Shown piece after piece: positions 45,664 through 54,347 of a DNA stretch of 64,000 nucleotides. The position numbers and the translations under genes are program-made. The notes beneath the pieces were generated by a model. The model was not told the DNA's origin and made no database searches. It saw only the letters and a list, made by a program, of their open reading frames with translations. Positions within the stretch are counted from its first letter, which is position 1. Each line of letters starts with the position of its first letter. This DNA comes from Bacteroidaceae bacterium (GTDB taxonomy: Bacteria; Bacteroidota; Bacteroidia; Bacteroidales; Bacteroidaceae), in NCBI GenBank assembly GCA_045654645.1, contig JAZONR010000023.1, positions 730-64,729 on the forward strand, read 5' to 3'.

Positions 45664-46731
45664 TCATTTCTCCTCGGAAAAATCCTTTATACGGTTCTCC
45701 TCCGACATTCGGCACACAAGCAGATTACCATTGTTTTCGGCAACAATGCAATCATCGAGTCCAATAACCACAACTTTCTTCACACCGCGAGCATCAACTA
45801 TGCAGTTACGCGACTCGGCAAACACCACATTGCTCTCAAGCGCGGCATTACCGTTCACATCGTGCTGCACATTGCTGTGCAATGATACCCAGGTACCTAA
45901 GTCGCTCCATCCGAAATTTGCCGGAAACACAAATATCTCATCGGCACGCTCCATAATTGCATAATCGACCGAAATGCTGCGACACTCGGGGAAACGTTCA
46001 TCCACCAACTGCTGCTCCTGGGCTGTATCATAATATGGCATAAGAGATTCAAACACCGACGCAATTGGGGATTGATAAACCCTAAAGGCATTCACAATCG
46101 TAGAGACATTCCATATAAAGATGCCCGAGTTCCAATAGAAATTATTCTTGGCTATATAAGCCTTAGCCACATCAAGCGCAGGTTTCTCCTTGAAAGAATC
46201 AACACGAAAGACCTCCTTGTTGGAAAGCGAGGAAGCTCCCAGCACTGCCTCTATATAGCCATAACCTGTATCGGGGCGTGTAGGCTTTATACCAAGAGTG
46301 AGAATAGCATCGGAACCGGCCACAAAAGAGAGCGACGACCTCACCACACGGCGAAACTCATCCACGTCGGCCACAAAATGGTCGCTGGGAGTTACCACCA
46401 TATTGGCATTAGGGTCGCGTTTCTTTATTTTCCACGCAGCATACGCAATACAGGGAGCAGTGTTGCGACGGCAAGGCTCTTTCAAGATATTACCCTCTGC
46501 AATTTCGGGCAGCTGCTCCCTCACCATAGGGGCATACTTTTCCGATGTCAAAACCCAAATATTTTCGGGCGGGCACAGACCGGCAAATCGGTCTATGGTC
46601 AGTTGCAAAAGGGACTTGCCACAACCAAGCACATCAATAAACTGCTTGGGGCAATCGACCGTGCTCATTGGCCAGAAACGGCTTCCGATGCCGCCGGCCA
46701 TTACAACAACGTGGTTATGAGATGTAGCCAT
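45664..46731 (-). CDS. manC: Mannose-1-phosphate guanylyltransferase (nucleotidyltransferase family)
   Basis: Begins MATSHNHVVVMAGGIGSRFWPMS, the GxGxRxxP sugar-nucleotidyltransferase signature. The TAAATTTG box at 46771 supports ATG 46731. Confidence 0.8.
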   Translation of the reverse strand: MATSHNHVVVMAGGIGSRFWPMSTVDCPKQFIDVLGCGKSLLQLTIDRFAGLCPPENIWVLTSEKYAPMVREQLPEIAEGNILKEPCRRNTAPCIAYAAWKIKKRDPNANMVVTPSDHFVADVDEFRRVVRSSLSFVAGSDAILTLGIKPTRPDTGYGYIEAVLGASSLSNKEVFRVDSFKEKPALDVAKAYIAKNNFYWNSGIFIWNVSTIVNAFRVYQSPIASVFESLMPYYDTAQEQQLVDERFPECRSISVDYAIMERADEIFVFPANFGWSDLGTWVSLHSNVQHDVNGNAALESNVVFAESRNCIVDARGVKKVVVIGLDDCIVAENNGNLLVCRMSEENRIKDFSEEK

Positions 46732-46770
46732 TCTCTTATAGTGTTTAAAACATATCAGGGTGAATTGATG

Positions 46771-46778
46771 CAAATTTA
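46771..46778 (-). promoter_or_regulatory. -7 promoter box TAAATTTG for manC
   Basis: Exact TAnnTTTG 40 nt upstream of ATG 46731. It overlaps the longer ORF-track start, arguing against that start. Confidence 0.5.
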
Positions 46779-46976
46779 TATAAAAAGGAGAAACTATGCA
46801 AGGCTTTTCCCGTATTTACAAGAGAGAGCAGGCAACGCCGTGCGGCAAAGAGGAGAGGCACACATCCAAGAATGAGAAAAACAGGCATACAGCGCTAAAC
46901 ACCAAAGAATTGAGATAAAAAAATGAGAGCATACACATAAACTTTGTTTTTTATTTGAAAAAAATAAAACTTTAAC

Positions 46977-46984
46977 TACCTTTG
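46977..46984 (+). promoter_or_regulatory. -7 promoter box TACCTTTG for the GT4 phosphotransferase gene
   Basis: Exact TAnnTTTG 60 nt upstream of ATG 47044. Confidence 0.5.
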
Positions 46985-47043
46985 CGCTAATAGCTATAAC
47001 TAATTTAGGTATCAAACAACAAATACAAAAAACATTCACAACT

Positions 47044-48210
47044 ATGTCCGACATACTTCAAATCCTTTTAGCAGCGCTGTTTGCTTTTGCAGGAACCCTA
47101 TGGATGCACCCAAAGGTTTTAAAGATTGCTATCTTGAAAAACATTGTTGATAACCCCGACGCCAGAAAACTGCAGCGCAACCCGGTGCCGGTGATGGGTG
47201 GAGTCGCTGTTTTTTTCGGCATTGCCATTGGATTGTGCAGTTCATCGGCAATTTTCAACAGCGCCAGCACTTTTATGCTTATTTCGGCAATGCTCATAAT
47301 GCTTTATGTGGGCACAATTGATGATATCATAGACCTGTCGGCAGGTATAAGATTTCTAATAGAAATAATCATCATTGTATGGCTAATGTATGCCAGCCAG
47401 TCATCAATTAATTGCTTTTGGGGATTGTGGGGCATAAACACCATTCCAATGTGGTTTGGTTACGCCCTCACTGTCTTTGCCGCAGTGGGAATAATCAACG
47501 CCATCAACCTGATAGACGGAGTAAACGGACTTTCGTCGGGCTTCTGCTTTATGTCCTCTATTCTATTCACCATATTCTTCTACTGTACCGGAAACTACGT
47601 GATGGCAACATTGGCAATCTCTGCTGCAGGCGCCATTGTACCGTTTTTCCTTCACAATGTATTCGGCAGCAAAACAAGAATGTTCATTGGCGATGGAGGA
47701 ACACTGGTCATTGGAACTATGATGTCAATGTTTGTAATGAGCATACTCGACAGGAATTCGGGATGCGCATTGTTGGCCGCAAAAGGGTTCGGACTCATTC
47801 CTTTCACACTTGCCGTGCTCTCAATTCCCATATTTGACACACTGCGAGTGATGACAACAAGAATCCTGAACAAGAAATCGCCGTTCCACCCCGACAAGAC
47901 ACACCTGCACCATATGTTCATTGAGTTGGGCTTCTCACACACCGGCACAACAATGTCAATCCTCACAATAAACTTCCTAATTGTGATTACTTGGTTTGTC
48001 TCTTATAAGCTGGGAGCATCAGTAGACCTGCAGCTCTATATAGTAATAGCATTGAGCCTATTGGGCACTTTCGGTTTCTACAAATTTGCCGAAAAGCAGA
48101 TAAAGAACAACGGCAAGGGGCTTAAGGTTCTAAAGGGAATTGCCAAGGCCGTACACTTTGAGAAGAAAGGCATTTGGGACCACATTGAGAAGATTGTAGA
48201 CAGATTCTAA
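47044..48210 (+). CDS. Polyprenyl-phosphate N-acetylhexosamine-1-phosphate transferase (MraY/WecA family, GT4)
   Basis: 388 aa with about 10 TM helices and the motifs VGTIDDIIDL, NAINLIDGVNGL and FIGDGGTL. Confidence 0.8.
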   Translation: MSDILQILLAALFAFAGTLWMHPKVLKIAILKNIVDNPDARKLQRNPVPVMGGVAVFFGIAIGLCSSSAIFNSASTFMLISAMLIMLYVGTIDDIIDLSAGIRFLIEIIIIVWLMYASQSSINCFWGLWGINTIPMWFGYALTVFAAVGIINAINLIDGVNGLSSGFCFMSSILFTIFFYCTGNYVMATLAISAAGAIVPFFLHNVFGSKTRMFIGDGGTLVIGTMMSMFVMSILDRNSGCALLAAKGFGLIPFTLAVLSIPIFDTLRVMTTRILNKKSPFHPDKTHLHHMFIELGFSHTGTTMSILTINFLIVITWFVSYKLGASVDLQLYIVIALSLLGTFGFYKFAEKQIKNNGKGLKVLKGIAKAVHFEKKGIWDHIEKIVDRF

Positions 48211-48228
48211 AAAGAGATAGATATCTTA

Positions 48229-48268
48229 AACAATAATAGTCGCTGCTGTGGCAGCGACTATTATTGTT
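48229..48268. terminator. Bidirectional hairpin terminator
   Basis: Perfect 18-bp stem (aacaataatagtcgctgc / gcagcgactattattgtt) with a 4-nt loop. Confidence 0.85.
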
Positions 48269-48289
48269 TATGTATCAGCGACACACAGA

Positions 48290-49537
48290 TTAATTACTCT
48301 CCAAGCTGTAGTTTATGCGATGCACGCCCAACAAGCGGTCATACCTTTCGGCAAATCCTCTATAATAGATATAAATGAGATATTCATTCTCTGTCTCATA
48401 AAAATTGCCCTCGGTTGAAACCGTCTCCACCTTTGTTGCCCCGTGAGGCAACCAAGCATACATATAGTTATAAAGGCCCAATTTCAATTGCCGGGCTGTA
48501 AAATAATAATCACCCTCGGCATCATAGCTGAGCTTTGTGAGCGGGGTGAGGCCGTTACAGAAATCCCCAAGCAGATAGTAATCGCCACCGTCGCGATAAG
48601 GAACATCCAATGCAAAATGCACGTAGACATAATCGGCCTCAATCTCTGTTCCACGCCCCTCGAGCGTGTTTATATAGGACATTCCATTCTCATCGTGATA
48701 GTTGGAGCGGCTTGTGCGGGGTTTGTCCACATAGAGCAACGCATTGTAATGCGGTTTCACATAGACAACTTCTTCCACTCCTTCGCCGGGAGAGTTAGGG
48801 TCCACCAGTTCAAAGCGACGATACTCGTTCCCGGCATTAAAAATGAGTTTCTCATTATGCACATACTCTACCCTGCCCGATGTTACATAGGTGGGCACAA
48901 GCCCCTGCACTGCAGTATCGCGGCGGCGATTTTGATAGACCACCGGCTTTATTTCACTTGCAGGAGAGGATACAAACGAAGGGTAATCGACTGTAAAGGA
49001 GAGTTGCTGATGCACACTATTGAATGAGATATCGGTGTTACCACTCACTGCGGCCTCAATAGCCACACAGGGCTCCACTACCGAAAATTCGAACATCACA
49101 ACAGGCGAGTCATCATCAGACTCTGCCTCATACACCTCGACAATATAGTTACCCGAGAGTTTCAACGACACATCGGCATTGGGCAGCGTAAAACTGTAAT
49201 GAGTATAGAGTTGAGTGGTATTAACAGAGTTTTCCCACTCCTCGACAGGCACACCATTGAAGCCCTCAAGATAATCAATCTCCGGCAGCCCGGAAGGTGT
49301 CCAGTCGGCATTGCAGTGCACAATGCGATAGAGATAACGATGATATATGTGAGATAGTTCATCAAAGGAGAATTGCAGTTCATCATCGCTGCCAAGCACC
49401 ATAACAGCAGGCGCATCCCACACATCATCGAGCACCACACGGGAACTCTTAACAGTAGGCGAAAGCGAGCGTGCAGGCTGTGCACCCGCCACAGCAGCAA
49501 TTGCCAACAGCATATATGTAAAGATATATTTCAGCAT
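48290..49537 (-). CDS. DUF5103-like protein (family of the T9SS translocon plug protein)
   Basis: 415 aa. A signal peptide is followed by ...DDELQFSFDELSHIYHRYLYRIVHCNADWTPSGLPEIDYLEGFNG, the pattern I associate with DUF5103. Confidence 0.6.
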   Translation of the reverse strand: MLKYIFTYMLLAIAAVAGAQPARSLSPTVKSSRVVLDDVWDAPAVMVLGSDDELQFSFDELSHIYHRYLYRIVHCNADWTPSGLPEIDYLEGFNGVPVEEWENSVNTTQLYTHYSFTLPNADVSLKLSGNYIVEVYEAESDDDSPVVMFEFSVVEPCVAIEAAVSGNTDISFNSVHQQLSFTVDYPSFVSSPASEIKPVVYQNRRRDTAVQGLVPTYVTSGRVEYVHNEKLIFNAGNEYRRFELVDPNSPGEGVEEVVYVKPHYNALLYVDKPRTSRSNYHDENGMSYINTLEGRGTEIEADYVYVHFALDVPYRDGGDYYLLGDFCNGLTPLTKLSYDAEGDYYFTARQLKLGLYNYMYAWLPHGATKVETVSTEGNFYETENEYLIYIYYRGFAERYDRLLGVHRINYSLESN

Positions 49538-49555
49538 TTTAGCACTATTTGACGG

Positions 49556-49563
49556 CGAAGGTA
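49556..49563 (-). promoter_or_regulatory. -7 promoter box TACCTTCG for the DUF5103 gene
   Basis: TAnnTTCG variant 19 nt upstream of ATG 49537. Confidence 0.4.
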
Positions 49564-49586
49564 AGCATTAAAAAACAAAAATTCCG

Positions 49587-49594
49587 TATATTTA
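49587..49594 (+). promoter_or_regulatory. Near-consensus -7 box TATATTTA for the DUF1460 gene
   Basis: Lies 30 nt upstream of ATG 49624 and only 9 nt upstream of ATG 49603, favouring the downstream start. Confidence 0.3.
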
Positions 49595-49623
49595 CATAAT
49601 TTATGACGCAAAGCCACTCCACA

Positions 49624-50469
49624 ATGAGAGCAAAAGGGATATTCTTAACTGCACTGCTGCTGTTGCCAATTGCAACCGTTGCACAAAAACGCATATATGA
49701 ACCACAGGACAGCGCAAGGTGCGAACAGATACTGAGAGACTCACTGAGCAACAAATGCAGTATACTTTACATTGCGCACCTGTTCATAGGAGAAAAGTAT
49801 GTTGCCGGCACGCTTGAACAGGGAAGCGAGGAGCCACTCACAGTGAGCTGTACGCGCCTCGACTGCACCACATTCATAGAACTTGTACTCGCCCTGCACA
49901 TCACTGCAAATGAGGGAGATAGAAATTTCGACACACTGTGCCGCAACCTTGAAAGGGTGCGCTATCGTAACGGGAAGAACGGCGGATACGCCAGCCGCCT
50001 GCACTACATAAGCTGCTGGATTGCTGATAGTGCTAAAACGGGAATCATTGAAGAAGTAACTGCCGACATAGAGGGAGCAGAGAAGCAGTTGCTGCATCTC
50101 GATTATATGAGCAAGCACCCATCGGCCTACCCCATACTCGCTGAAAACCCATCCTTAATAAAAGAGATTGAGTTTTTAGAGGAACCGTTCCGCAACGCCG
50201 AGGCCCATTATATTCCCAAAAGAAAGCTCAAGCGCAATGGTGCAGAAGGCATTAAAGAGGGCGACATAATAGCTATTGTAACATCCATAGAGGGGCTTGA
50301 TGTTGCGCACGTTGGGTTTGCACACTATAACAACGGTGCGCTGTGCCTGTTGCACGCCTCAAGCGAAAAGGGAGAGGTTATTTTGGATACCCGCCCGCTG
50401 TGCGACTACCTGAATGAGAGAAAGAGACACATTGGGATAAGGGTTTTCAGGCCAACAACACCCCCATAA
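49624..50469 (+). CDS. DUF1460 (N-acetylmuramoyl-L-alanine amidase-like) secreted protein
   Basis: Signal peptide is MRAKGIFLTALLLLPIATVA/QK. The motif RLDCTTFIELVLAL is typical of DUF1460 as I recall it. Confidence 0.55.
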   Translation: MRAKGIFLTALLLLPIATVAQKRIYEPQDSARCEQILRDSLSNKCSILYIAHLFIGEKYVAGTLEQGSEEPLTVSCTRLDCTTFIELVLALHITANEGDRNFDTLCRNLERVRYRNGKNGGYASRLHYISCWIADSAKTGIIEEVTADIEGAEKQLLHLDYMSKHPSAYPILAENPSLIKEIEFLEEPFRNAEAHYIPKRKLKRNGAEGIKEGDIIAIVTSIEGLDVAHVGFAHYNNGALCLLHASSEKGEVILDTRPLCDYLNERKRHIGIRVFRPTTPP

Positions 50470-50512
50470 ATGATGGAAAGTGATGCCGAATCGGCATCAC
50501 TTTCCATCATTT
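50468..50512. terminator. 22-bp perfect hairpin shared by two convergent genes and overlapping both stop codons
   Basis: Arms aaatgatggaaagtgatgccga / tcggcatcactttccatcattt with a 1-nt centre. The stop of the + gene is at 50467-69 and the stop of the - gene at 50497-99, inside the right arm. Confidence 0.8.
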
Positions 50513-51441
50513 AAGAGCTTGGCGCGCTTCTCGGCAAGCCTTCTCTCACGTCTCTCAAAGGCCTCACGGGTACGTTTCCAACGGTTGTGAGTCCACAGCC
50601 ACAATTCCGGAGTCTTGCGTATCTGCTCTTCGAGTATTCTGTAATAGAGGTTAGTGGGCTCAAATTCGGGCATTTTAGAGGCATCCTCGGCAAATAGCTC
50701 GAAATGCGCAGTGTAGTAGCCACGCTTCACACGCTCCATTCTCACAAAGAAGAGCGACGCCCCTGTGCGCTGCGCTATCTTCTCTGTTCCTGTAAAAACA
50801 GGCGTGTCGCGGTGAAGGAAATCAACCCAATGCTTGATAGATTGCCAAGTGGGCACCTGGTCGGCTATGAAGCCTATCACATATTTCTTGTTCTCCTTGG
50901 TTACCTGAAGAATTCGGCGTAAGGTATTTGCCATTGTTATAGATTCTGCACCATACTGGTCGCGCATCTTCTTCATAAGACGGTCGAAATAGCTATTCTC
51001 AAGAGGATGATAGATGTCGCCCACCACCACATTCTCATCGTTGAAATAGAGCGAGAAGGATGTTACGTATTCCCAATTGAAGAAATGTCCCATATAGCAG
51101 ACACAAGAGTGTCCCTGTGCAAGCATCCTGTTGATGTCATCAATGCCGGTGATAACCATTCTGCGACGCACCTCTTTCTCACTCATACCATAGTACTTCA
51201 CAGTCTCCACAAAGTAGTCGCAAAGAGAGGAATAGAATTTTCTCTCTATTTTCTTTATCTCGTTCAAATCTTTTTCAGGAAACGAGCCAACAAGATTCTT
51301 GCGCACCACCTCTCGACGATAGCGCAACACATAGTAAACGAAATAGTATAGAATATCCGAAAAAAGATACAGCACACAAAAAGGCAATTTGTTGAGCACA
51401 AAGAGCACTGCAACAGATATATAGTAGAGAACTGCTTTCAT
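50497..51441 (-). CDS. Lipid A biosynthesis (LpxL/HtrB-like) lysophospholipid acyltransferase family protein
   Basis: 314 aa from ATG 51441 with an N-terminal TM helix and a GHFFNWEY (HX4-type) region. The TATTTTTG box 20 nt upstream supports this start. Confidence 0.7.
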   Translation of the reverse strand: MKAVLYYISVAVLFVLNKLPFCVLYLFSDILYYFVYYVLRYRREVVRKNLVGSFPEKDLNEIKKIERKFYSSLCDYFVETVKYYGMSEKEVRRRMVITGIDDINRMLAQGHSCVCYMGHFFNWEYVTSFSLYFNDENVVVGDIYHPLENSYFDRLMKKMRDQYGAESITMANTLRRILQVTKENKKYVIGFIADQVPTWQSIKHWVDFLHRDTPVFTGTEKIAQRTGASLFFVRMERVKRGYYTAHFELFAEDASKMPEFEPTNLYYRILEEQIRKTPELWLWTHNRWKRTREAFERRERRLAEKRAKLLNDGK

Positions 51442-51460
51442 AAAAAATCCTTTATTTTTA

Positions 51461-51468
51461 CAAAAATA
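51461..51468 (-). promoter_or_regulatory. -7 promoter box TATTTTTG for the acyltransferase gene
   Basis: Exact TAnnTTTG 20 nt upstream of ATG 51441. Confidence 0.5.
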
Positions 51469-51513
51469 CATATATTTTTTAATAAACAGCCACCTTAACA
51501 CCGCTTTTAACAC

Positions 51514-51547
51514 AGCACCCCGCTATGGCGCGCCATAGCGGGGTGCT
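51514..51547 (-). terminator. Perfect palindromic hairpin terminator after the OmpA-family gene
   Basis: agcaccccgctatggcg / cgccatagcggggtgct, a 17-bp stem 24 nt after the stop at 51571. Confidence 0.8.
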
Positions 51548-51570
51548 TGTAAATTGTCATGCCCAGAATA

Positions 51571-52287
51571 TTACTCCTCGAGTGTACCGTTATTGGCAGC
51601 CTCAATCATCTCTGAGCTTGCATACATATAAATCTCCACACGACGATTCTGTGCACGGCCCTCGGCTGTCTCATTGTCGGCAACAGGCGATTTTGAGCCC
51701 ATACCCTCAACACTCTTTATCTGCTTCTCGGCAACACCGTTTTCAAGCAGATACTCATACACTGCATTCGCACGGTTCACAGAAAGAGGGTCATTAATCT
51801 CATCGCTGCCTGTTGAGTCGGTGTGGCCATAGATGGCAACGTCGGCATCGTTATAATCCTTGAGCACCGCAGCAAAGTCTACAAGGTTTTTCTTGGCCTC
51901 TTTGCTTAGAGAGTACTTGTTTGTTGCAAAAAGCACACCCGAGTCAAAGGTAACCTTCACCGCTGTGAGGTTATTGGTATCGGTAACAGTCTCCACAGTA
52001 GCATTTGCAACCTGGGCTGCAGCCTCGGCAGCCTTATCCATTCTGTGGCCGATGAGCACTCCGGTACCTGCGCCAACAGCTGTACCAACAGCTGTACCAA
52101 TGATAGCACCCTTACCTGTGTTGCCTGTCAATTTTCCCACAAGAGCACCAATGGCTGCACCACCGGCAGCGCCACTGGCTGCACCGATAACACCACCCTT
52201 GGCCAAGTTATTCCAACTGGCGCAGCCGGTGAGAAGAACAGCTGCACACATTATCACACAAACAGTTTTTGTAAAACCAATTTTCAT
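51571..52287 (-). CDS. OmpA-family lipoprotein with glycine-zipper segment and C-terminal peptidoglycan-binding domain
   Basis: 238 aa. The lipobox is LLTGC/ASW and the Gly-zipper is GGVIGAASGAAGGAAIGALVG...GTAVGTAVGAGTG. The OmpA_C motifs are GHTDSTGSDEINDPLSVNRA and NRRVEI. Confidence 0.85.
   Translation of the reverse strand: MKIGFTKTVCVIMCAAVLLTGCASWNNLAKGGVIGAASGAAGGAAIGALVGKLTGNTGKGAIIGTAVGTAVGAGTGVLIGHRMDKAAEAAAQVANATVETVTDTNNLTAVKVTFDSGVLFATNKYSLSKEAKKNLVDFAAVLKDYNDADVAIYGHTDSTGSDEINDPLSVNRANAVYEYLLENGVAEKQIKSVEGMGSKSPVADNETAEGRAQNRRVEIYMYASSEMIEAANNGTLEE
52076..52099. repeat. Perfect 12-nt tandem duplication inside the glycine-zipper coding region
   Basis: acagctgtacca x2 on the plus strand, encoding GTAVGTAV on the minus strand. 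Confidence 0.9.
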
Positions 52288-52316
52288 AGAATAAGATATT
52301 AGTCAAAAAATTTCCG

Positions 52317-52324
52317 CAAATTTA
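52317..52324 (-). promoter_or_regulatory. -7 promoter box TAAATTTG for the OmpA-family gene
   Basis: Exact TAnnTTTG 30 nt upstream of ATG 52287. Confidence 0.5.
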
Positions 52325-52412
52325 ATCAAAATTCCTGTTTCACACAAGCACCACCCCCTATTTGAAGTTCAAGACAAAAATAATAAAAGCGACATCCCTT
52401 ATTATTGCGTTT

Positions 52413-52428
52413 ATTTTTGTATTTTTGC
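52413..52428 (+). promoter_or_regulatory. Tandem pair of -7 boxes TATTTTTG-TATTTTTG for proS
   Basis: Two abutting exact TAnnTTTG octamers, 38-46 nt upstream of ATG 52466. Confidence 0.45.
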
Positions 52429-52465
52429 AGTTAATAAAAGATGTACAATAAAATTCATATACAAT

Positions 52466-53944
52466 ATGGCCGAATTGAAAGAACTTACAAAGCGCAGTGA
52501 AAGCTATTCACAGTGGTACAACGACCTGGTTATCAAGGCAGACCTTGCCGAGCAGTCTCCCGTGAGAGGATGTATGGTAATCAAGCCCTATGGCTATGCC
52601 ATTTGGGAGAAAATACAGCGCACCCTCGATGATATGTTCAAGGAGACAGGGCACGTGAATGCCTATTTCCCAATGCTCATCCCAAAATCATACCTTAGCC
52701 GCGAGGCCGAGCACGTTGAGGGATTTGCCAAGGAGTGTGCAGTGGTTACACACTACCGCCTGAAGAATGCCGAAGACGGCAGCGGCGTGGTTGTGGACCC
52801 GGCTGCAAGGCTCGAGGAGGAGATGATTATACGCCCCACATCAGAGACAATCATCTGGAGCACATACAAGAATTGGATACAATCCTACCGCGACCTGCCC
52901 ATTATGGTAAACCAGTGGGCAAACGTTATGCGTTGGGAGATGCGCACACGCCTGTTCCTGCGCACAGCAGAGTTCTTGTGGCAGGAGGGCCACACAGCAC
53001 ACGCTACACGCGAGGAGGCCGAGAAGGAGGCACAGACAATGCTCCACGTATACAACGACTTTGCCAACAACTATATGGCACTGCCCGTAGTTATGGGTGT
53101 GAAGAGCGCCAACGAGCGTTTCGCCGGCGCACTCGACACATACACAATCGAAGGCCTTATGCAGGATGGAAAGGCTTTGCAGTGTGGAACATCGCACTTC
53201 CTTGGCCAGAACTTTGCCAAGGCATTCAACGTGCAGTTCGTTGATAAGAACAACAACCTTGAGTATGTGTGGGCTACCTCTTGGGGCGTATCTACCCGCC
53301 TTATGGGAGCACTCATTATGACTCATTCGGATGACAACGGCCTTGTGCTGCCCCCTGCACTTGCCCCCATTCAGGTTGTAATTGTCCCCATCTACAAGAA
53401 CGAGGAGCAGCTTGCCAAGATAAGAGAGACCATTGACCCGCTGTGCGCCCAACTGAAGAAACTGGGTATCACAGTGAAGTTTGATGATGCCGACAACAAG
53501 CGTCCCGGCTTCAAGTTTGCCGAATATGAGCTCAAGGGTGTACCCGTGCGCCTTGTGCTTGGAGCACGCGACATCGAGAATGGCACCATTGAGGTTATGC
53601 GCCGCGACACACTGCAGAAGGAGACACGCCCCATTGAGGGTATTGCAGCCTATGTTCAGGAGTTGCTCGATGAGATACAGAAGAACCTCCACGCCAAGGC
53701 TCTTGCAATGCGCGAGGAGAACACACGCACAGTTGATACATACGAGGAGTTCAAGACCGAGATTGAGAAGGGTGGTTTCATACTTGCACACTGGGACGGC
53801 ACACCCGAGACCGAGGAGCAGATAAAGAACGACACCAAGGCAACAATCCGCTGTATCCCCTTGGGTTGGGACGAGACTCCAGGCACCTGTATGGTTACAG
53901 GCAAGCCCTCGGCACGCCGCGTACTCTTTGCAAGAGCATATTGA
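52466..53944 (+). CDS. proS: Proline--tRNA ligase (archaeal/eukaryote-like type)
   Basis: 492 aa beginning [29 protein letters not shown]. It contains class II motifs ([23 protein letters not shown]) and the C-terminal ...RVLFARAY. Confidence 0.9.
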   Translation: MAELKELTKRSESYSQWYNDLVIKADLAEQSPVRGCMVIKPYGYAIWEKIQRTLDDMFKETGHVNAYFPMLIPKSYLSREAEHVEGFAKECAVVTHYRLKNAEDGSGVVVDPAARLEEEMIIRPTSETIIWSTYKNWIQSYRDLPIMVNQWANVMRWEMRTRLFLRTAEFLWQEGHTAHATREEAEKEAQTMLHVYNDFANNYMALPVVMGVKSANERFAGALDTYTIEGLMQDGKALQCGTSHFLGQNFAKAFNVQFVDKNNNLEYVWATSWGVSTRLMGALIMTHSDDNGLVLPPALAPIQVVIVPIYKNEEQLAKIRETIDPLCAQLKKLGITVKFDDADNKRPGFKFAEYELKGVPVRLVLGARDIENGTIEVMRRDTLQKETRPIEGIAAYVQELLDEIQKNLHAKALAMREENTRTVDTYEEFKTEIEKGGFILAHWDGTPETEEQIKNDTKATIRCIPLGWDETPGTCMVTGKPSARRVLFARAY

Positions 53945-53982
53945 TACAAGGAACAAAGACGGCGCTCGCCGCGTATATCAAC

Positions 53983-54023
53983 AAATAAATCAGAGGATTG
54001 CGACGCAATCCTCTGATTTATTT
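53983..54023. terminator. Bidirectional hairpin terminator between proS and tRNA-Arg
   Basis: Arms aaataaatcagaggatt / aatcctctgatttattt around a short GC loop. Confidence 0.8.
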
Positions 54024-54029
54024 TACCGG

Positions 54030-54103
54030 TGACCCCGGTGGGATTCAAACCCACGACCTTCAGAACCGGAATCTGACGCTCTATTCAGCTAAGCTACGGA
54101 GCC
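54030..54103 (-). tRNA. tRNA-Arg (anticodon CCG)
   Basis: A 74-nt cloverleaf folded by hand. Acceptor stem is GGCUCCG/CGGGGUC, the D-loop has 9 nt, and the anticodon stem is UCAGA/UCUGA with loop UUCCGGU. The variable loop has 5 nt, the T-arm is GUGGG-UUUGAAU-CCCAC, and the discriminator is A. CCA is not encoded. Confidence 0.9.
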
Positions 54104-54127
54104 TGAGTACATTTTTAAATACAAGCG

Positions 54128-54135
54128 CGAAGATA
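54128..54135 (-). promoter_or_regulatory. -7 promoter box TATCTTCG for tRNA-Arg
   Basis: Exact octamer 25 nt upstream of the mature tRNA 5' end. Confidence 0.45.
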
Positions 54136-54250
54136 CAAATAAAATGCCAAGAAACAACTGCTCAAATGCCAAAAACAAAATAAAAAAAAGAAAAAGAGCA
54201 GACAAGCCAAAATTAACGCACCATAATTGGCAGTTTTAATATAAAAACAA

Positions 54251-54258
54251 TATCTTTG
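54251..54258 (+). promoter_or_regulatory. -7 promoter box TATCTTTG for asnA-ung
   Basis: Exact TAnnTTTG 90 nt upstream of ATG 54348. Confidence 0.5.
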
Positions 54259-54347
54259 CGCAACACAAGCAAGCAACAACCACAAAACAACAATAAAATA
54301 ACAATAAAAACAGACAAATCGGCAACAATTTGTCAAAACTGAAAGGT

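Noticed and set aside
46794-47054. 86-aa minus-strand ORF in the manC / GT4 intergenic region
   Set aside because: It covers the divergent promoter region, including the TACCTTTG box. The product is Cys-rich and hydrophobic-junk-like, and no upstream promoter or downstream terminator is present.
52841-53956. 371-aa antisense ORF inside proS (similar cases: 40055..41017 in fhs, 42400..43155 in glnS, 21229..21813 in the PiT gene, 4871..5638 and 6358..7158 in the two-component genes, 13447..14091, 48443..49027, 56276..58546)
   Set aside because: All are opposite strongly supported housekeeping genes and are Cys/His/Leu/Val-rich with no domain signatures. They are most simply explained as out-of-phase open frames.
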